From a virus, in the IMG/VR virus record IMGVR_UViG_3300037156_000058, positions 4,692 through 68,691 of that record: a stretch of DNA of 64,000 nucleotides; one strand, written 5' to 3'. Of the stretch, positions 19,294-29,029 are shown piece by piece. Position numbers and translations under genes: made by a program. The first letter of the stretch is position 1. The number at the start of each line of letters is the position of its first letter. The notes under the pieces are model-generated. The model did no database searches, had not been told where the DNA came from, and saw only the letters and a program-made list of their open reading frames with translations.

Positions 19294-19851
19294 TTATTTA
19301 CCCTTCTTGAATCCAGCCGCTGAGGTTGCCGCACCACTCAACGCCCCAGTAATGTTATTGAAGGCGTCCCAAGAAGCGTTCTCTTCCCCCGTGTTAGCCT
19401 GGACCAAAGGCGCGACTTCCCCGAGCGCGTTATTCGCCCCGCCAACATCAGTCCCGTAAATCCCCTGGAGTCCAGACAATCCAGCCTGCTGTTCTTTCGC
19501 CTTCAGTTCCGCGTTCTGAGCGTCGATATCCTGACCTGTTCGCGCCAGAGCCTCGGTGCCGGAGCGTGCGGAATCTGCGATTGCTGCCGCCGGAGTACCT
19601 GCGTTGCGAGTCCTGCCAGCTAGTAAAGCCCCGCGTCCCGTCGCTCCAGCCGTAGCGCCACCGGCCGTTTCCATCGCGTGCGTGTTCATCGACGCGAGAT
19701 CGGTTGGCGCGAACCCGGCGGGGTGCGCTGCCTCGGTGGTAAGTTGCGGCATGAGAGACGAGAATATCCCGTTGGATTTTCCCGTGAGGGCGTTGGAATT
19801 TGTCTGCGCGGTAGCCGAAGCTGCCTGCGCGGGGTCACTGCCTCTTCCCAC
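19294..19851 (-). CDS. putative small ejection (pilot) protein
   Basis: Gly/Ala/Gln-rich low complexity; GAGGGG RBS; P22 gp7-like position. Confidence 0.6.
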   Translation of the reverse strand: MGRGSDPAQAASATAQTNSNALTGKSNGIFSSLMPQLTTEAAHPAGFAPTDLASMNTHAMETAGGATAGATGRGALLAGRTRNAGTPAAAIADSARSGTEALARTGQDIDAQNAELKAKEQQAGLSGLQGIYGTDVGGANNALGEVAPLVQANTGEENASWDAFNNITGALSGAATSAAGFKKGK

Positions 19852-19862
19852 TTTTCACCCCC

Positions 19863-20252
19863 TCAGATCCGCTTACACCAGGAATCCCAGTTGCGAACCC
19901 ACCCGAAATGGCGGCATAGCCATCGCCCAAACTGCTTTGATATCTCTGGTGGAAGAAACGCATTGGCCTCATTATAACCCTTTGCATTCAACTCCGCATG
20001 AACTGAATCGTGGAGCATTCGGATTGCGGACATTCGGGCGTGCGGCGGGCCAAAGTCACTTGACAGGAAGTAAATCTGCACAATGCGCTCCGCTATCCCG
20101 GCGCATAGCGGTTCATCGTTATCGTCCACAACCACGCAAGCCGATTCGATGTGCTGGCCGTTCAGGTCGGGGAAGTCGTACTGAAGACCGGACGCAGCGT
20201 GGAATTTACGGAGTTTCGGAATGTCGTCGTTGCGGAGCTGGCGTACGGTCAT
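19863..20252 (-). CDS. GNAT-like virion assembly protein
   Basis: VRQLRNDDI start and FGW end; located just before the ejection genes. Confidence 0.5.
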   Translation of the reverse strand: MTVRQLRNDDIPKLRKFHAASGLQYDFPDLNGQHIESACVVVDDNDEPLCAGIAERIVQIYFLSSDFGPPHARMSAIRMLHDSVHAELNAKGYNEANAFLPPEISKQFGRWLCRHFGWVRNWDSWCKRI

Positions 20253-20292
20253 TTGAGGTCAATTCAGGCTTGTGCCGCCCTGACTGCGGGTG

Positions 20293-22932
20293 TTACTGCG
20301 GAACTGGGTAGTAATTCGGGTTAGCCAAAGTCCCCGTGCAGGTGTAGCCGAAATTCGTTCCGGACATGCTCCCGGATGAGGTAACTGTTACCTGTGTATT
20401 GGATTCCGCTGACACGTAAAACGTGAGATTCGAGGAATCCATAAAATTGCAGGCCGGGGAGTTTACGAATCCGGTTCCAGCGAAAACAATAGTGCAGGCG
20501 GTCACAGCTCCGTCAGGAGATATCCTGCCCTGCGTATTTGTCGAATACGACGCTATCGAAGGGGCAGATCCACATGAGCTAATAGTAGGCATCAAAGTCG
20601 GTACTGGGTAGTAGAAAGTTCCGCACGGCCCGCTGCACGTGTTGTTCTGGTCGTATCGAATCTGGCTCACAGCCGGAGTCAGCCCCGTGTTGTCCTCAAA
20701 CGCAATGTGAAGCGCGTTACCAGCGTCATTTCTCAGTGTGTTGCTATCGACTTCCACGCTGTATGTGCCTGCACCGTTAAGTAGGATGCCAGCATAAGAT
20801 CCTCCGCCTCCGTAGCGGAGCGTGTAGCTTGCGCCTGACGCCACAGCCGCAAGGGGGGAGCTCAGCGCGATACTCGTGGCACTGCTGTAGCTCGCCACCG
20901 TGTAGGTAGTCCCGTTGACGGTGAACCCTCCGCCCACCATGCCTACTGAGAACGTAGTTCCACTCCCGGTAATAGCGGTCGATCCTTTTGTGCCGCTGAC
21001 TGTTCCCGTTGAGTACGTTGTACCACCGGCGACGTTGCAGTTGTAGCAGTAGTTGTGCCCAATATATCCGTCCACCACCGATGAAAACGTCCAGCCTCCG
21101 TTGTTGGAGTTGGCGCAGAAATTGTCCGTGAACGAGAATCCAGTCATTGAGCCCATGGCTCCGCAGTCGTTGCTGTTCGTAACAGACACCGCCTTGACGG
21201 AGTTGTTTACTCCGGATGTCGGGTTGTCATAAGAAAACAGTAAAGGGGACACCCCAGACAGCAGGATTGGATTTCCGGTAACATTATTCAGGGTTGAGTC
21301 GTGGATATGCACGTTACTGCACGGTAGGTTCATGACCGTTCCATTATATGGGATCTGTAAGGTAGACCCCAAGCACGTAATTCCGCCCTGCGAGGAATGC
21401 GCTATGTCGCTGATCCACACGTCACCGATATCGATGTCGGATACGCCCTCCATGAAAATGGCGTTTTGCGTTCCGTATCCGCCGCAGTTTCCGTCAACAA
21501 TGCATCCTGCCGTCGGGTCGCCTTGAATAGTGATCCCGCTTACTGACGCCTTCGCATGGGGTGTCTGCACAAACGATAGATTACTGTTCTGATAGACCTC
21601 GTTAGAAACGGAAATGTCAGAACAAAAGAAGTTGATTCCAAGGCCAATTGGGTTCTGGGTGTAAGTATTTCCGTGGATATTATACCCGTATTGATAAACA
21701 GGGGAAACCGTGCTGCCCATACCGCAACCGACTGATACTCCGAACCATTCATTGTGATCGAACGTCGAGTTGGAGATCGTCACGTTTGAAGCATTGTTGA
21801 TTTGCAAGCCGACGACCTGACCGCGGGCAACGTAAAGATGGTCGATGTCCACCTTCGATGGCCCAACCTGCGCATTACCTGTCGGGTTGATTACGATATC
21901 GTACCCAGTAAAGGGCGTCCCCGTGGCATTCAAAGAGTCGATCCCAAAATCGTGCAGGTACACTGCTCCTGTAGTCTGGATCGCGATCATATTGGCCGAC
22001 TGGGCGAGACAGGATGAGTGCGTCGTGAACATCGTTGACTTCGGGCCGTCACCGTAGAGGGAAATTGTGGCTCCGCTTGTTGTAGTAGGCGCCACGTTGC
22101 AAATTCGATAAGTGCCAGCCGTAAAGTGAAGAGATGCGCCCGATGCCGCCGCCACCGTGATCGCGTTCGAAACCGCAGTGGTGGTGTTCGTTGAGTTGTC
22201 GCCAACTGCCCCGAACCACTGACCCTCAATAGGGGAAGTACTGGGAAGCACCACCGTTCCCCCCGCCGACAGATCGAAGTGCTGCGTAAGGGTGCCAGAG
22301 AAGGAACCGGTCAAGGTAACCGTTTGGCCGGATGCCGGTTTGATGATGCCATTGGCGACCGCCTGGATATTACACGCCAAACTTTGCGTGGTAAGGCCGC
22401 TCCATGTCTTCGTGACGTACAGAGTGCCTGCTCCAGCCGCCGTACAGGCCAACGGCAGTGTCGAATAACTCGCGTCGCACGTCACACCCAGCGGGCACCC
22501 GGCAGACGCTCCCACGTTGACAGGGTACGGCCCATAGGTTCCACCGCCAGCATTTGACGGAGGACGAAGATAAAACGAATATTGGCCTGGAAGCAACCAC
22601 GCTCCGAACTCGCCTTGGTTGTTGGATTTTGTCGTGCATGGATTCGAGGTAGTCGCTGGCGTCAACTGCGCGGTCGTCGCGCACGGAGTTACGGCGGTGA
22701 AACTGGTGTAGGTGGTCGCTGGGCTGGCGAGACATAGCGCCAGAGTGGAAGCAGTCCCTGAGCAGAAATTCACAGTCGCGCCGGGGATGGCAAGTACCGG
22801 GCAAAGCGAACCTCCAGAGCACCCCGAATTCGTCGTGTAGGTATTCGAGCCGAAGCGCACAGCCTGAGCATGAAGCGCAATCGGGGCGACGAGAAGTGCA
22901 ATCAAAATCAGTGAGTATCGCATTGTGGTCAT
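20293..22932 (-). CDS. signal-peptide-bearing tailspike-like beta-helix protein
   Basis: MRYSLILIALLVAPIALHA|Q; WFGAVGD...T.A...AI......L.F.AGTY pectate-lyase-superfamily beta-helix start; Asn/Ser-rich repeats. Confidence 0.75.
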   Translation of the reverse strand: MTTMRYSLILIALLVAPIALHAQAVRFGSNTYTTNSGCSGGSLCPVLAIPGATVNFCSGTASTLALCLASPATTYTSFTAVTPCATTAQLTPATTSNPCTTKSNNQGEFGAWLLPGQYSFYLRPPSNAGGGTYGPYPVNVGASAGCPLGVTCDASYSTLPLACTAAGAGTLYVTKTWSGLTTQSLACNIQAVANGIIKPASGQTVTLTGSFSGTLTQHFDLSAGGTVVLPSTSPIEGQWFGAVGDNSTNTTTAVSNAITVAAASGASLHFTAGTYRICNVAPTTTSGATISLYGDGPKSTMFTTHSSCLAQSANMIAIQTTGAVYLHDFGIDSLNATGTPFTGYDIVINPTGNAQVGPSKVDIDHLYVARGQVVGLQINNASNVTISNSTFDHNEWFGVSVGCGMGSTVSPVYQYGYNIHGNTYTQNPIGLGINFFCSDISVSNEVYQNSNLSFVQTPHAKASVSGITIQGDPTAGCIVDGNCGGYGTQNAIFMEGVSDIDIGDVWISDIAHSSQGGITCLGSTLQIPYNGTVMNLPCSNVHIHDSTLNNVTGNPILLSGVSPLLFSYDNPTSGVNNSVKAVSVTNSNDCGAMGSMTGFSFTDNFCANSNNGGWTFSSVVDGYIGHNYCYNCNVAGGTTYSTGTVSGTKGSTAITGSGTTFSVGMVGGGFTVNGTTYTVASYSSATSIALSSPLAAVASGASYTLRYGGGGSYAGILLNGAGTYSVEVDSNTLRNDAGNALHIAFEDNTGLTPAVSQIRYDQNNTCSGPCGTFYYPVPTLMPTISSCGSAPSIASYSTNTQGRISPDGAVTACTIVFAGTGFVNSPACNFMDSSNLTFYVSAESNTQVTVTSSGSMSGTNFGYTCTGTLANPNYYPVPQ

Positions 22933-22939
22933 TTTACCT

Positions 22940-24523
22940 CTACGGGATCGACTCGATCAGCATCCAGTTGAAAGTGGACGTGTCGAGAACGTTAGTGCTT
23001 GTCACAACGAAACCCACCCCGGCAGTGTTTACGACGGTCAGGCTGCCGATGTTGGCGAATACGCCACCGCCAGTATCCGTCACAAATGTTCGCGTGTTTG
23101 CCGTCACTGACGTATTCGCTACCGTCAATGTTCCACCAACCAAGGCACCTGTTCCGATTCTGGAGTTCGTGCCGGCCTTGACCTGCAATCCCTTGCCGAG
23201 CGTGATTGCTTTGATGTCACCAGTCACAGGAAAATCGCCGGACGCTTGCGCCACGGCAGGATTTGGGTATGTGCCACTGAGATCGCCGCCCGCGGAGCCG
23301 GTTGGAGGGCCACCGCCAGTTCCACTGACCGCCGCCGTGATCCGCCCCTTGGAATCTACCGTCAGGCTGGTATTGGTGTAGTTATTTGGCGTTACAGCCG
23401 TGTTCGCAAGTGTCAATGCACCGCTAGCGGCAAGCGTGGCATCGCCCGACATCGTTTGCTCAACGGGAAGATTACCCGTGCTCCCGATGTAAAACTTGTT
23501 GGTCGCTAGCGCCGCTGCCGTTGGAACCCCGTGCGTGTCTGAGCCAAGAACGGTCGCACTGATCGGAGCAATTTGCCCGATGAGTTGGAACCGCGTGCCA
23601 TCGTACATCAGGAGGTAGCACCGCCCGGTCACCAGTTCCCCGCCAGCCAGCGCAACGGTCCCGTTCTTCGTGATCGCCTTTGCTCCAATGGAGTTTACGT
23701 TCAGCGTTACCGCCGAACTGTTGTCGTGAATCGGAATATAGCGAACAAAGAAATCCACCGCCAGTGCCGAATACGGAACCGCCGTTACGCCCGTGATCGC
23801 ATCCCCGGTCCCTGCGATGGCTGACAGGGTTTCGCACGGAGAGATAACCGGCTCGGAAATAGAGACTGATCCGCCGCCGGGGGTGCTGCCTCCGGCCGTG
23901 ACAGCTCCAGTGCCCACCAGGGACGGTGAGCCAAGCCCCCCCCGCGCCAGTTTTAGCGTATTATCGAATCCACTGTTTACCGTGCGCTTCGGTACAGGAC
24001 CTGGACCCACGCCGCCCTGCCCTGGGGCGCCAGTCCCACTTCCCTGAGATGGCAGGTACGCGGGAGGGCCGATGGAGCCGCCGCCGCTCACTGGGATAGG
24101 AGTCGCTCCGCCGTGAACGATAATCGGACCCGCCCCGCTCCCAGGGACAGCATTGTAGGCTCTCACGTACCGAGTGCCGTTGCCGATAAATTCGGTATGA
24201 CTCCGCGAATCTCCGAGGTAGCGTATCTGTGGGTCAGTGAATTGCGGATTATCCGCGTGCTCGATATAGTTGATCGCTCCGCGTTGCAGCCCTGCGCCAT
24301 TGTGAATTATCGAAACATGAAGCACGCCGTTCTGTCCAATAGCCTGAACGTCCTGAATCGGAGGCGGCAAGTTAGGCTGCCCTTGCGGGTTGACGTTGCC
24401 CTGCTGCTCGGTATTTGAAGTCTGCCGCTCGATAGACTTCATCATTTGGTAAAAGCGTGCCCCGGCATCGGGTACGCCATCGATTACCAACTTTCGGAGC
24501 CAGTTCAACTGAGATATTTTCAT
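22940..24523 (-). CDS. tail fibre/needle-like protein (no signal peptide)
   Basis: TLNVNSIGAKAI...YDGT.FQL domain, TVDSKGRITAA, AGGDLSGTYPNP fibre motifs; ATGA overlap start. Confidence 0.7.
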   Translation of the reverse strand: MKISQLNWLRKLVIDGVPDAGARFYQMMKSIERQTSNTEQQGNVNPQGQPNLPPPIQDVQAIGQNGVLHVSIIHNGAGLQRGAINYIEHADNPQFTDPQIRYLGDSRSHTEFIGNGTRYVRAYNAVPGSGAGPIIVHGGATPIPVSGGGSIGPPAYLPSQGSGTGAPGQGGVGPGPVPKRTVNSGFDNTLKLARGGLGSPSLVGTGAVTAGGSTPGGGSVSISEPVISPCETLSAIAGTGDAITGVTAVPYSALAVDFFVRYIPIHDNSSAVTLNVNSIGAKAITKNGTVALAGGELVTGRCYLLMYDGTRFQLIGQIAPISATVLGSDTHGVPTAAALATNKFYIGSTGNLPVEQTMSGDATLAASGALTLANTAVTPNNYTNTSLTVDSKGRITAAVSGTGGGPPTGSAGGDLSGTYPNPAVAQASGDFPVTGDIKAITLGKGLQVKAGTNSRIGTGALVGGTLTVANTSVTANTRTFVTDTGGGVFANIGSLTVVNTAGVGFVVTSTNVLDTSTFNWMLIESIP

Positions 24524-27500
24524 CGGGCCGCGCCCCGGATCGGCAGTCTCGCATTCGTCCGCAACCATGCACGAATCAATTGAAGAACGAACGAATTGTC
24601 TGTTCCAGTGACAGGAGAACTACTGCACTTGAAAGACATGCGGTTCGCTACCGCGTTGGCGCCAACCCACTCCAGGTCGAACTTCGGATTGACGGTCATC
24701 GTTCGGGAGCAAGACAACGCCCACGGATTCGACAGATTGTCGCAGAACGGAGTAATCGTCATGAGGCCGACACCATAAATCTGCGCCGTCAGGTAAGCCA
24801 GCATCGAGCGCGAACCGATACCCATCTGCTGCCCCTGCTCAGTCCCAGGCAAGAAGTAGAGGAAATAGTACGGATGAATCTGGCCGTAGTCGTCATCGGT
24901 CAACTTCGCCGGATCGAGAGTGTAGACGTTGCCGTAGAGCAAAAGTGATCCGGTATTCGGGGCCACTCCGTCGCCGCCGAAAAACACAGGTTGAAGTTTC
25001 CCTGCCGCCCGGTACATCAGCGCGGCACCATTCATCGTTAAAACCCACGGACACCACTTGCGCGCATTGTCCTTCGCGCTTAGTTTCCCGGTCAATGAAA
25101 CGTGAACCGGATCGGCACCCGCAATCTCGCTGGCGGTGCTCATCTGCCGGTAATTCATCGTGTAGATGCGGTTTGGAACACGGTTTTCGGCGCTGGATAT
25201 CGGCAGTCCGAAATAAATCACGCGCCCATTGGGGTCGTTGAGTGCCCACGCGCTGGCGAGCGTTGCCGTGTTGACCGAGTCCCAATCCGGCTGAATCTCC
25301 TGGCTTATTTTCGGGACGTCGCCGCCGCTGAATATCCGTGCCCCGGAAGACGAAGCCCATGCCATCCAGGTTTCCCCGCCCGACTCCGTATTTTCGTCAG
25401 CCTGCGAAACCGTGAGAGCGAAGGTGGATATCAATCCGCACTCCGAAGCCGTTGGATCTACATCCCACCCTGCTGGCTCAGTCGTTCCGTTGTCCGCCGT
25501 CTCGTGCAGGTGCCCGCCGGGGTCCCGTGTCAGAACGTAGAGCGTCTTCCTGATCTCAGAAAGCCCCATGACCTTGTGGGTATCTTCAGGGCCAAACACA
25601 CCGGAAACGCCGTCGAATCCCTCAGGATTGTTGACGTAAGAACCGTTGATGATTTCGTCGGTGTATGGATTGTCGGAGTAGATAATGAACATCTCGTCAA
25701 CCAGAAGCGTAGGGCTTGTCGTGACGGACGAAGCGTAAACGCTCAACAGTAAATCAGCCGGGATGATCGATGGGGTCTTTAGCGAGAATGGCGCTTCCAG
25801 CCACGAACCTGACGTGCTCATCAATGCCCCTGAGATAGTTGCGACTGACGAGAACGTAGCTCCGGTCGCGCTCGTGATCGCCACCGTGAATGTCAGGTTG
25901 GCAGTTGCTACGCTTGGCTTGAGCCAGGCACGGATTTTATACTGTGTACTGGCTGCCGCAACCGGAGCTCCGGAATAATTCTGGTACATCGACTGGCTGA
26001 GGATGCCTTTATTCCCGCCGCCTGCTACGGTTGTGATGAGCCAGCCTGATCCGTAATGCCCTGTCGCGAGGGCGCCGCCAACATTCAGCGTTGCATCCCA
26101 TCCGGTCGGCAGTGTCGGGTTCGACTTAAAATATCCTCCGTCGAAGCCCATATTCAGCAGCCCGCCCGCGCCGGTTCCTCCCTGAATGGCATTGCGCTGG
26201 CCGTAGGCGAGCAGCCGTGAGCTATACAGCCCGAACCCCAGTGCACCGTCGAGAACGATCTGGTTCGCCAGATTGTTGCCTTGCAGGGAGATCCCGATGG
26301 CGGAAAAAAGAGCGTTATCCGAGAAATCCAGGACGATGTTCGCTGTCGTGTTGTCGTTAATCTGCGTGGCGGTGCCGACCAGAATTCCGTTGACCTGCGG
26401 AGGCGTGGGGATGTAGTAAAAATACGCACCCTGCGCGCCCGTGAAGCAAAGGATTCTCCCCTTGATATTCGACGGACCAATCGGGATATCCTTCACGCTT
26501 ATGTACTGGCCACCGTTGGCGGTGAACTTCACTGGTGGACTCGGTGCCGTGATAGCGTCCTGCCGTGTGAGGAACGCCACCTGAAGTTGATGCTGCCCTG
26601 GAGCTGCCTGCCCGTAAGGAGTCGCCAGCGTACCTACCGTCGTCGATGTACTGGCGTTCGGGCCGTACTGCTGATACGTGAAACTCGTTGCCGTAGGGAC
26701 TGACGACACGAAGAATGAGCCGCTCCAGGCGTATTTAACTGTGCCTGTGGCCCATCCGCCCGCGGGCGAGTTTGAATAGTTAATGGCGATCTGGAACACA
26801 GTCGGACTGGGGGCCGTAAGAACCTGAAAATAATCCGGAGACGGGCTGTTGTTGGGGATGTACCAATTGACGCTAATCACCCCCGTTGTGTCCGTCGCGT
26901 CTACGTCCACTTGAACGAAAGTGAATTGGGTTGGCGAAATTACGCTCTGAACGAATGCGGTTGTGTTGAAACTTCCGGTGGCGAATGACGATGTAGTTAT
27001 TTGCGCGTTAGGGCTTAATCCATGCGATGTTGCCGTCGTGACCGTGACAATTTGACCGACGCGAACCGCTGCTGTGGCTCCGCCGCCGACAGCGACCCCG
27101 ATTACTCCCGTCAGGGAAATAAACAGGCCAGGGATAAGCCCGTGCGCCGATCCCATCGTTACTGTCGCCAAACCAGGATTGTCCTCGTTGTTGATGACGA
27201 TGGTAGAAACCGAAGTTCCGATCGTTGCGGCCGGCACTCCTGAAACCTGAACCTGATACCCAGCCTGTAAATTATGTGCGCTTGCCGTGGTCCCCGTTAC
27301 CACGTTCCCGGATCGACTGAGGGAAGGACCGCCGTAGGTAATCTGCCCCCCCGCAGCGGGCCCGTAAAACGCCCCGGTGGCCGAATAAGCTGCAGCCTGA
27401 ATAAGCGTGTCGCCGAATACTGCGGTCACAGTGTACGTGAGATTAAACGTCGCGTTCGTGCCGGAAACCGTGATACTGATCCCGATGTTGTCCGCAAGCG

Positions 27501-28119
27501 CAGATGCGCCACTCGAAACGAAGATGTTAACGCCAGTGAAGTATCCGCCAGTCACTCCCGTTGGATCTATTTCTATCGTGGCCGGGTTGATGTTGACAAC
27601 CGAAGCCGCGGCCAATACCACGCCGGGATAAGAGAAGCAACTCACTGTCGGCGGAGCTCCGGGTCCGTCTTGCGTCACGCGGTCCAGATTTGTGCCATCG
27701 TACTGAAGCGGAACGTCCGTGCCGTGTAGCCCGTCTGAGATCGCGATGTACTCGCGCCCGAACGCCGTGATCGACTTCGCGTAAGAGCCGGGAGTCGTGG
27801 TCGCCAGAAGCGTGTACGTTCCCGGCGATGATGTCAGGTTCTCGACCCACAGGTTGCCCGCAGAGTCCAGATAAAGATTGCGAATAACGCCAACCGGGTC
27901 AACGTAGCTTTTCCCGTAGGTGACGGTCACCGCGCCCATCGGCGTGTTGAAAACTTTCTTGAGGCCTCTGCGGGAGAAAACGGAGCCGGGAAGGAACTCC
28001 ATATCGGAGCAATCAGGGGAGACGCCTTCGGGGAGATCCGAAGGGTTCATGTCCGTGACAAGGCCACCGAATACGTCTACGGCGATATCTTTGTCAGTGG
28101 GTTGCGGATTAAAGGCCAC
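24520..28119 (-). CDS. large tail/nozzle protein (P22 gp10 / tubular protein B-like by position)
   Basis: FGGLVTDM.P..LP.G.SP.C..M.F N-terminus; beta-rich; follows the adaptor genes. Confidence 0.6.
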   Translation of the reverse strand: MAFNPQPTDKDIAVDVFGGLVTDMNPSDLPEGVSPDCSDMEFLPGSVFSRRGLKKVFNTPMGAVTVTYGKSYVDPVGVIRNLYLDSAGNLWVENLTSSPGTYTLLATTTPGSYAKSITAFGREYIAISDGLHGTDVPLQYDGTNLDRVTQDGPGAPPTVSCFSYPGVVLAAASVVNINPATIEIDPTGVTGGYFTGVNIFVSSGASALADNIGISITVSGTNATFNLTYTVTAVFGDTLIQAAAYSATGAFYGPAAGGQITYGGPSLSRSGNVVTGTTASAHNLQAGYQVQVSGVPAATIGTSVSTIVINNEDNPGLATVTMGSAHGLIPGLFISLTGVIGVAVGGGATAAVRVGQIVTVTTATSHGLSPNAQITTSSFATGSFNTTAFVQSVISPTQFTFVQVDVDATDTTGVISVNWYIPNNSPSPDYFQVLTAPSPTVFQIAINYSNSPAGGWATGTVKYAWSGSFFVSSVPTATSFTYQQYGPNASTSTTVGTLATPYGQAAPGQHQLQVAFLTRQDAITAPSPPVKFTANGGQYISVKDIPIGPSNIKGRILCFTGAQGAYFYYIPTPPQVNGILVGTATQINDNTTANIVLDFSDNALFSAIGISLQGNNLANQIVLDGALGFGLYSSRLLAYGQRNAIQGGTGAGGLLNMGFDGGYFKSNPTLPTGWDATLNVGGALATGHYGSGWLITTVAGGGNKGILSQSMYQNYSGAPVAAASTQYKIRAWLKPSVATANLTFTVAITSATGATFSSVATISGALMSTSGSWLEAPFSLKTPSIIPADLLLSVYASSVTTSPTLLVDEMFIIYSDNPYTDEIINGSYVNNPEGFDGVSGVFGPEDTHKVMGLSEIRKTLYVLTRDPGGHLHETADNGTTEPAGWDVDPTASECGLISTFALTVSQADENTESGGETWMAWASSSGARIFSGGDVPKISQEIQPDWDSVNTATLASAWALNDPNGRVIYFGLPISSAENRVPNRIYTMNYRQMSTASEIAGADPVHVSLTGKLSAKDNARKWCPWVLTMNGAALMYRAAGKLQPVFFGGDGVAPNTGSLLLYGNVYTLDPAKLTDDDYGQIHPYYFLYFLPGTEQGQQMGIGSRSMLAYLTAQIYGVGLMTITPFCDNLSNPWALSCSRTMTVNPKFDLEWVGANAVANRMSFKCSSSPVTGTDNSFVLQLIRAWLRTNARLPIRGAAR

Positions 28120-28147
28120 GGTAGGTTCCGATTGGCGTCAACCGCGA

Positions 28148-28495
28148 TTACAGTTTCTGGAAAAACGCCCGGAAGTAGAGCGTGGCCGGAATCGTGCCGG
28201 AATAGGCCGATGCTCCCGTGTACTGTGTAGTTCCGTTGAACACTTCCACCCTGCCATTTGCCTGCGTGCTGCCGGGGTCGAATTTGTACTCCCATCCAGA
28301 TTGAGACGCGCCGGCGGGGGCAATCTCAAACACGTTGGCGGAAGTTGGCGGCGTGCTACTCGGAACGCCAATAGTGGACAGGTCGAGCGGATCGCCGGTC
28401 GTGACGTAGTTTCCGCTGGTAGTGATTGTGCCGTTCACGATGAACTGCGAAGCTGTGAAGTCGATGCTGGTTACGGTTGCGACGACGAGTGCCAT
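28148..28495 (-). CDS. small structural protein
   Basis: GGGAG RBS; beta-rich, Y.TTGDPLDL motif. Confidence 0.6.
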   Translation of the reverse strand: MALVVATVTSIDFTASQFIVNGTITTSGNYVTTGDPLDLSTIGVPSSTPPTSANVFEIAPAGASQSGWEYKFDPGSTQANGRVEVFNGTTQYTGASAYSGTIPATLYFRAFFQKL

Positions 28496-28532
28496 GTGAT
28501 CTCCCTGCCTTCAGGAGATAGAATATCACAGG

Positions 28533-28697
28533 TCATTTCACCACCGGCCTGTCCGCAAACTCGCGCAACCGCTTCGACGCTGCAATAACCCGCTTCGGAC
28601 GCTTCTCGCACGTCTTGAAGTGCGGGCGGTCCTCAACTGCGGTCTGAGGTTTTCCGCACCAGCCACAGGGACGGGTTACGCCGGGTTTACCTGACAT
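28533..28697 (-). CDS. 54-aa C2HC zinc-finger protein (not in ORF track)
   Basis: My translation: MSGKPGVTRPCGWCGKPQTAVEDRPHFKTCEKRPKRVIAASKRLREFADRPVVK*. Confidence 0.55.
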   Translation of the reverse strand: MSGKPGVTRPCGWCGKPQTAVEDRPHFKTCEKRPKRVIAASKRLREFADRPVVK

Positions 28698-28872
28698 TCA
28701 TAGCCTCTGCGATTACGTCCCGCATCTTAAGCGCCGAACCGCACGGACCCAGTAAAGCGCCAGCGAATAATACGCGATCGCTCATAACGGAAGCGTCTGG
28801 CGTGACCTTTATCTCGACGGAATCGAAACCGTCAAGCCAATCGAGTATTTGAGTGTCGGTCGGACGTTCCAT
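28687..28872 (-). CDS. 61-aa hypothetical protein, apparently leaderless
   Basis: TGATATGCT 6 nt before ATG; DTQILDWL...RDVIAEAM phage motif. Confidence 0.6.
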   Translation of the reverse strand: MERPTDTQILDWLDGFDSVEIKVTPDASVMSDRVLFAGALLGPCGSALKMRDVIAEAMNVR

Positions 28873-28917
28873 GACAGAAGCATATCACATCTCTGTCAGG
28901 AATGGTATACTTGATTT

Positions 28918-29028
28918 GGAGATTCGGCACAAACATGGCTCATGGTCAGAGTACTCGTACTGCGACTAATCTTAAAGATGGTCAAGGCCCACGCGGATAC
29001 AGTGGAAAGCGCTGACTGCCGAATCTCC
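28918..29028 (+). ncRNA. candidate 111-nt structured RNA
   Basis: Perfect 12-bp terminal inverted repeat GGAGATTCGGCA/TGCCGAATCTCC starting 6 nt after TGGTATACT; internal hairpins. Confidence 0.5.
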
Positions 29029-29029
29029 G

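Noticed and set aside
28918-29028. tRNA, tmRNA or Y-RNA identity for the closed-stem RNA
   Set aside because: No T-loop GTTCRA and no CCA end or cloverleaf spacing; kept only as an unknown RNA candidate.
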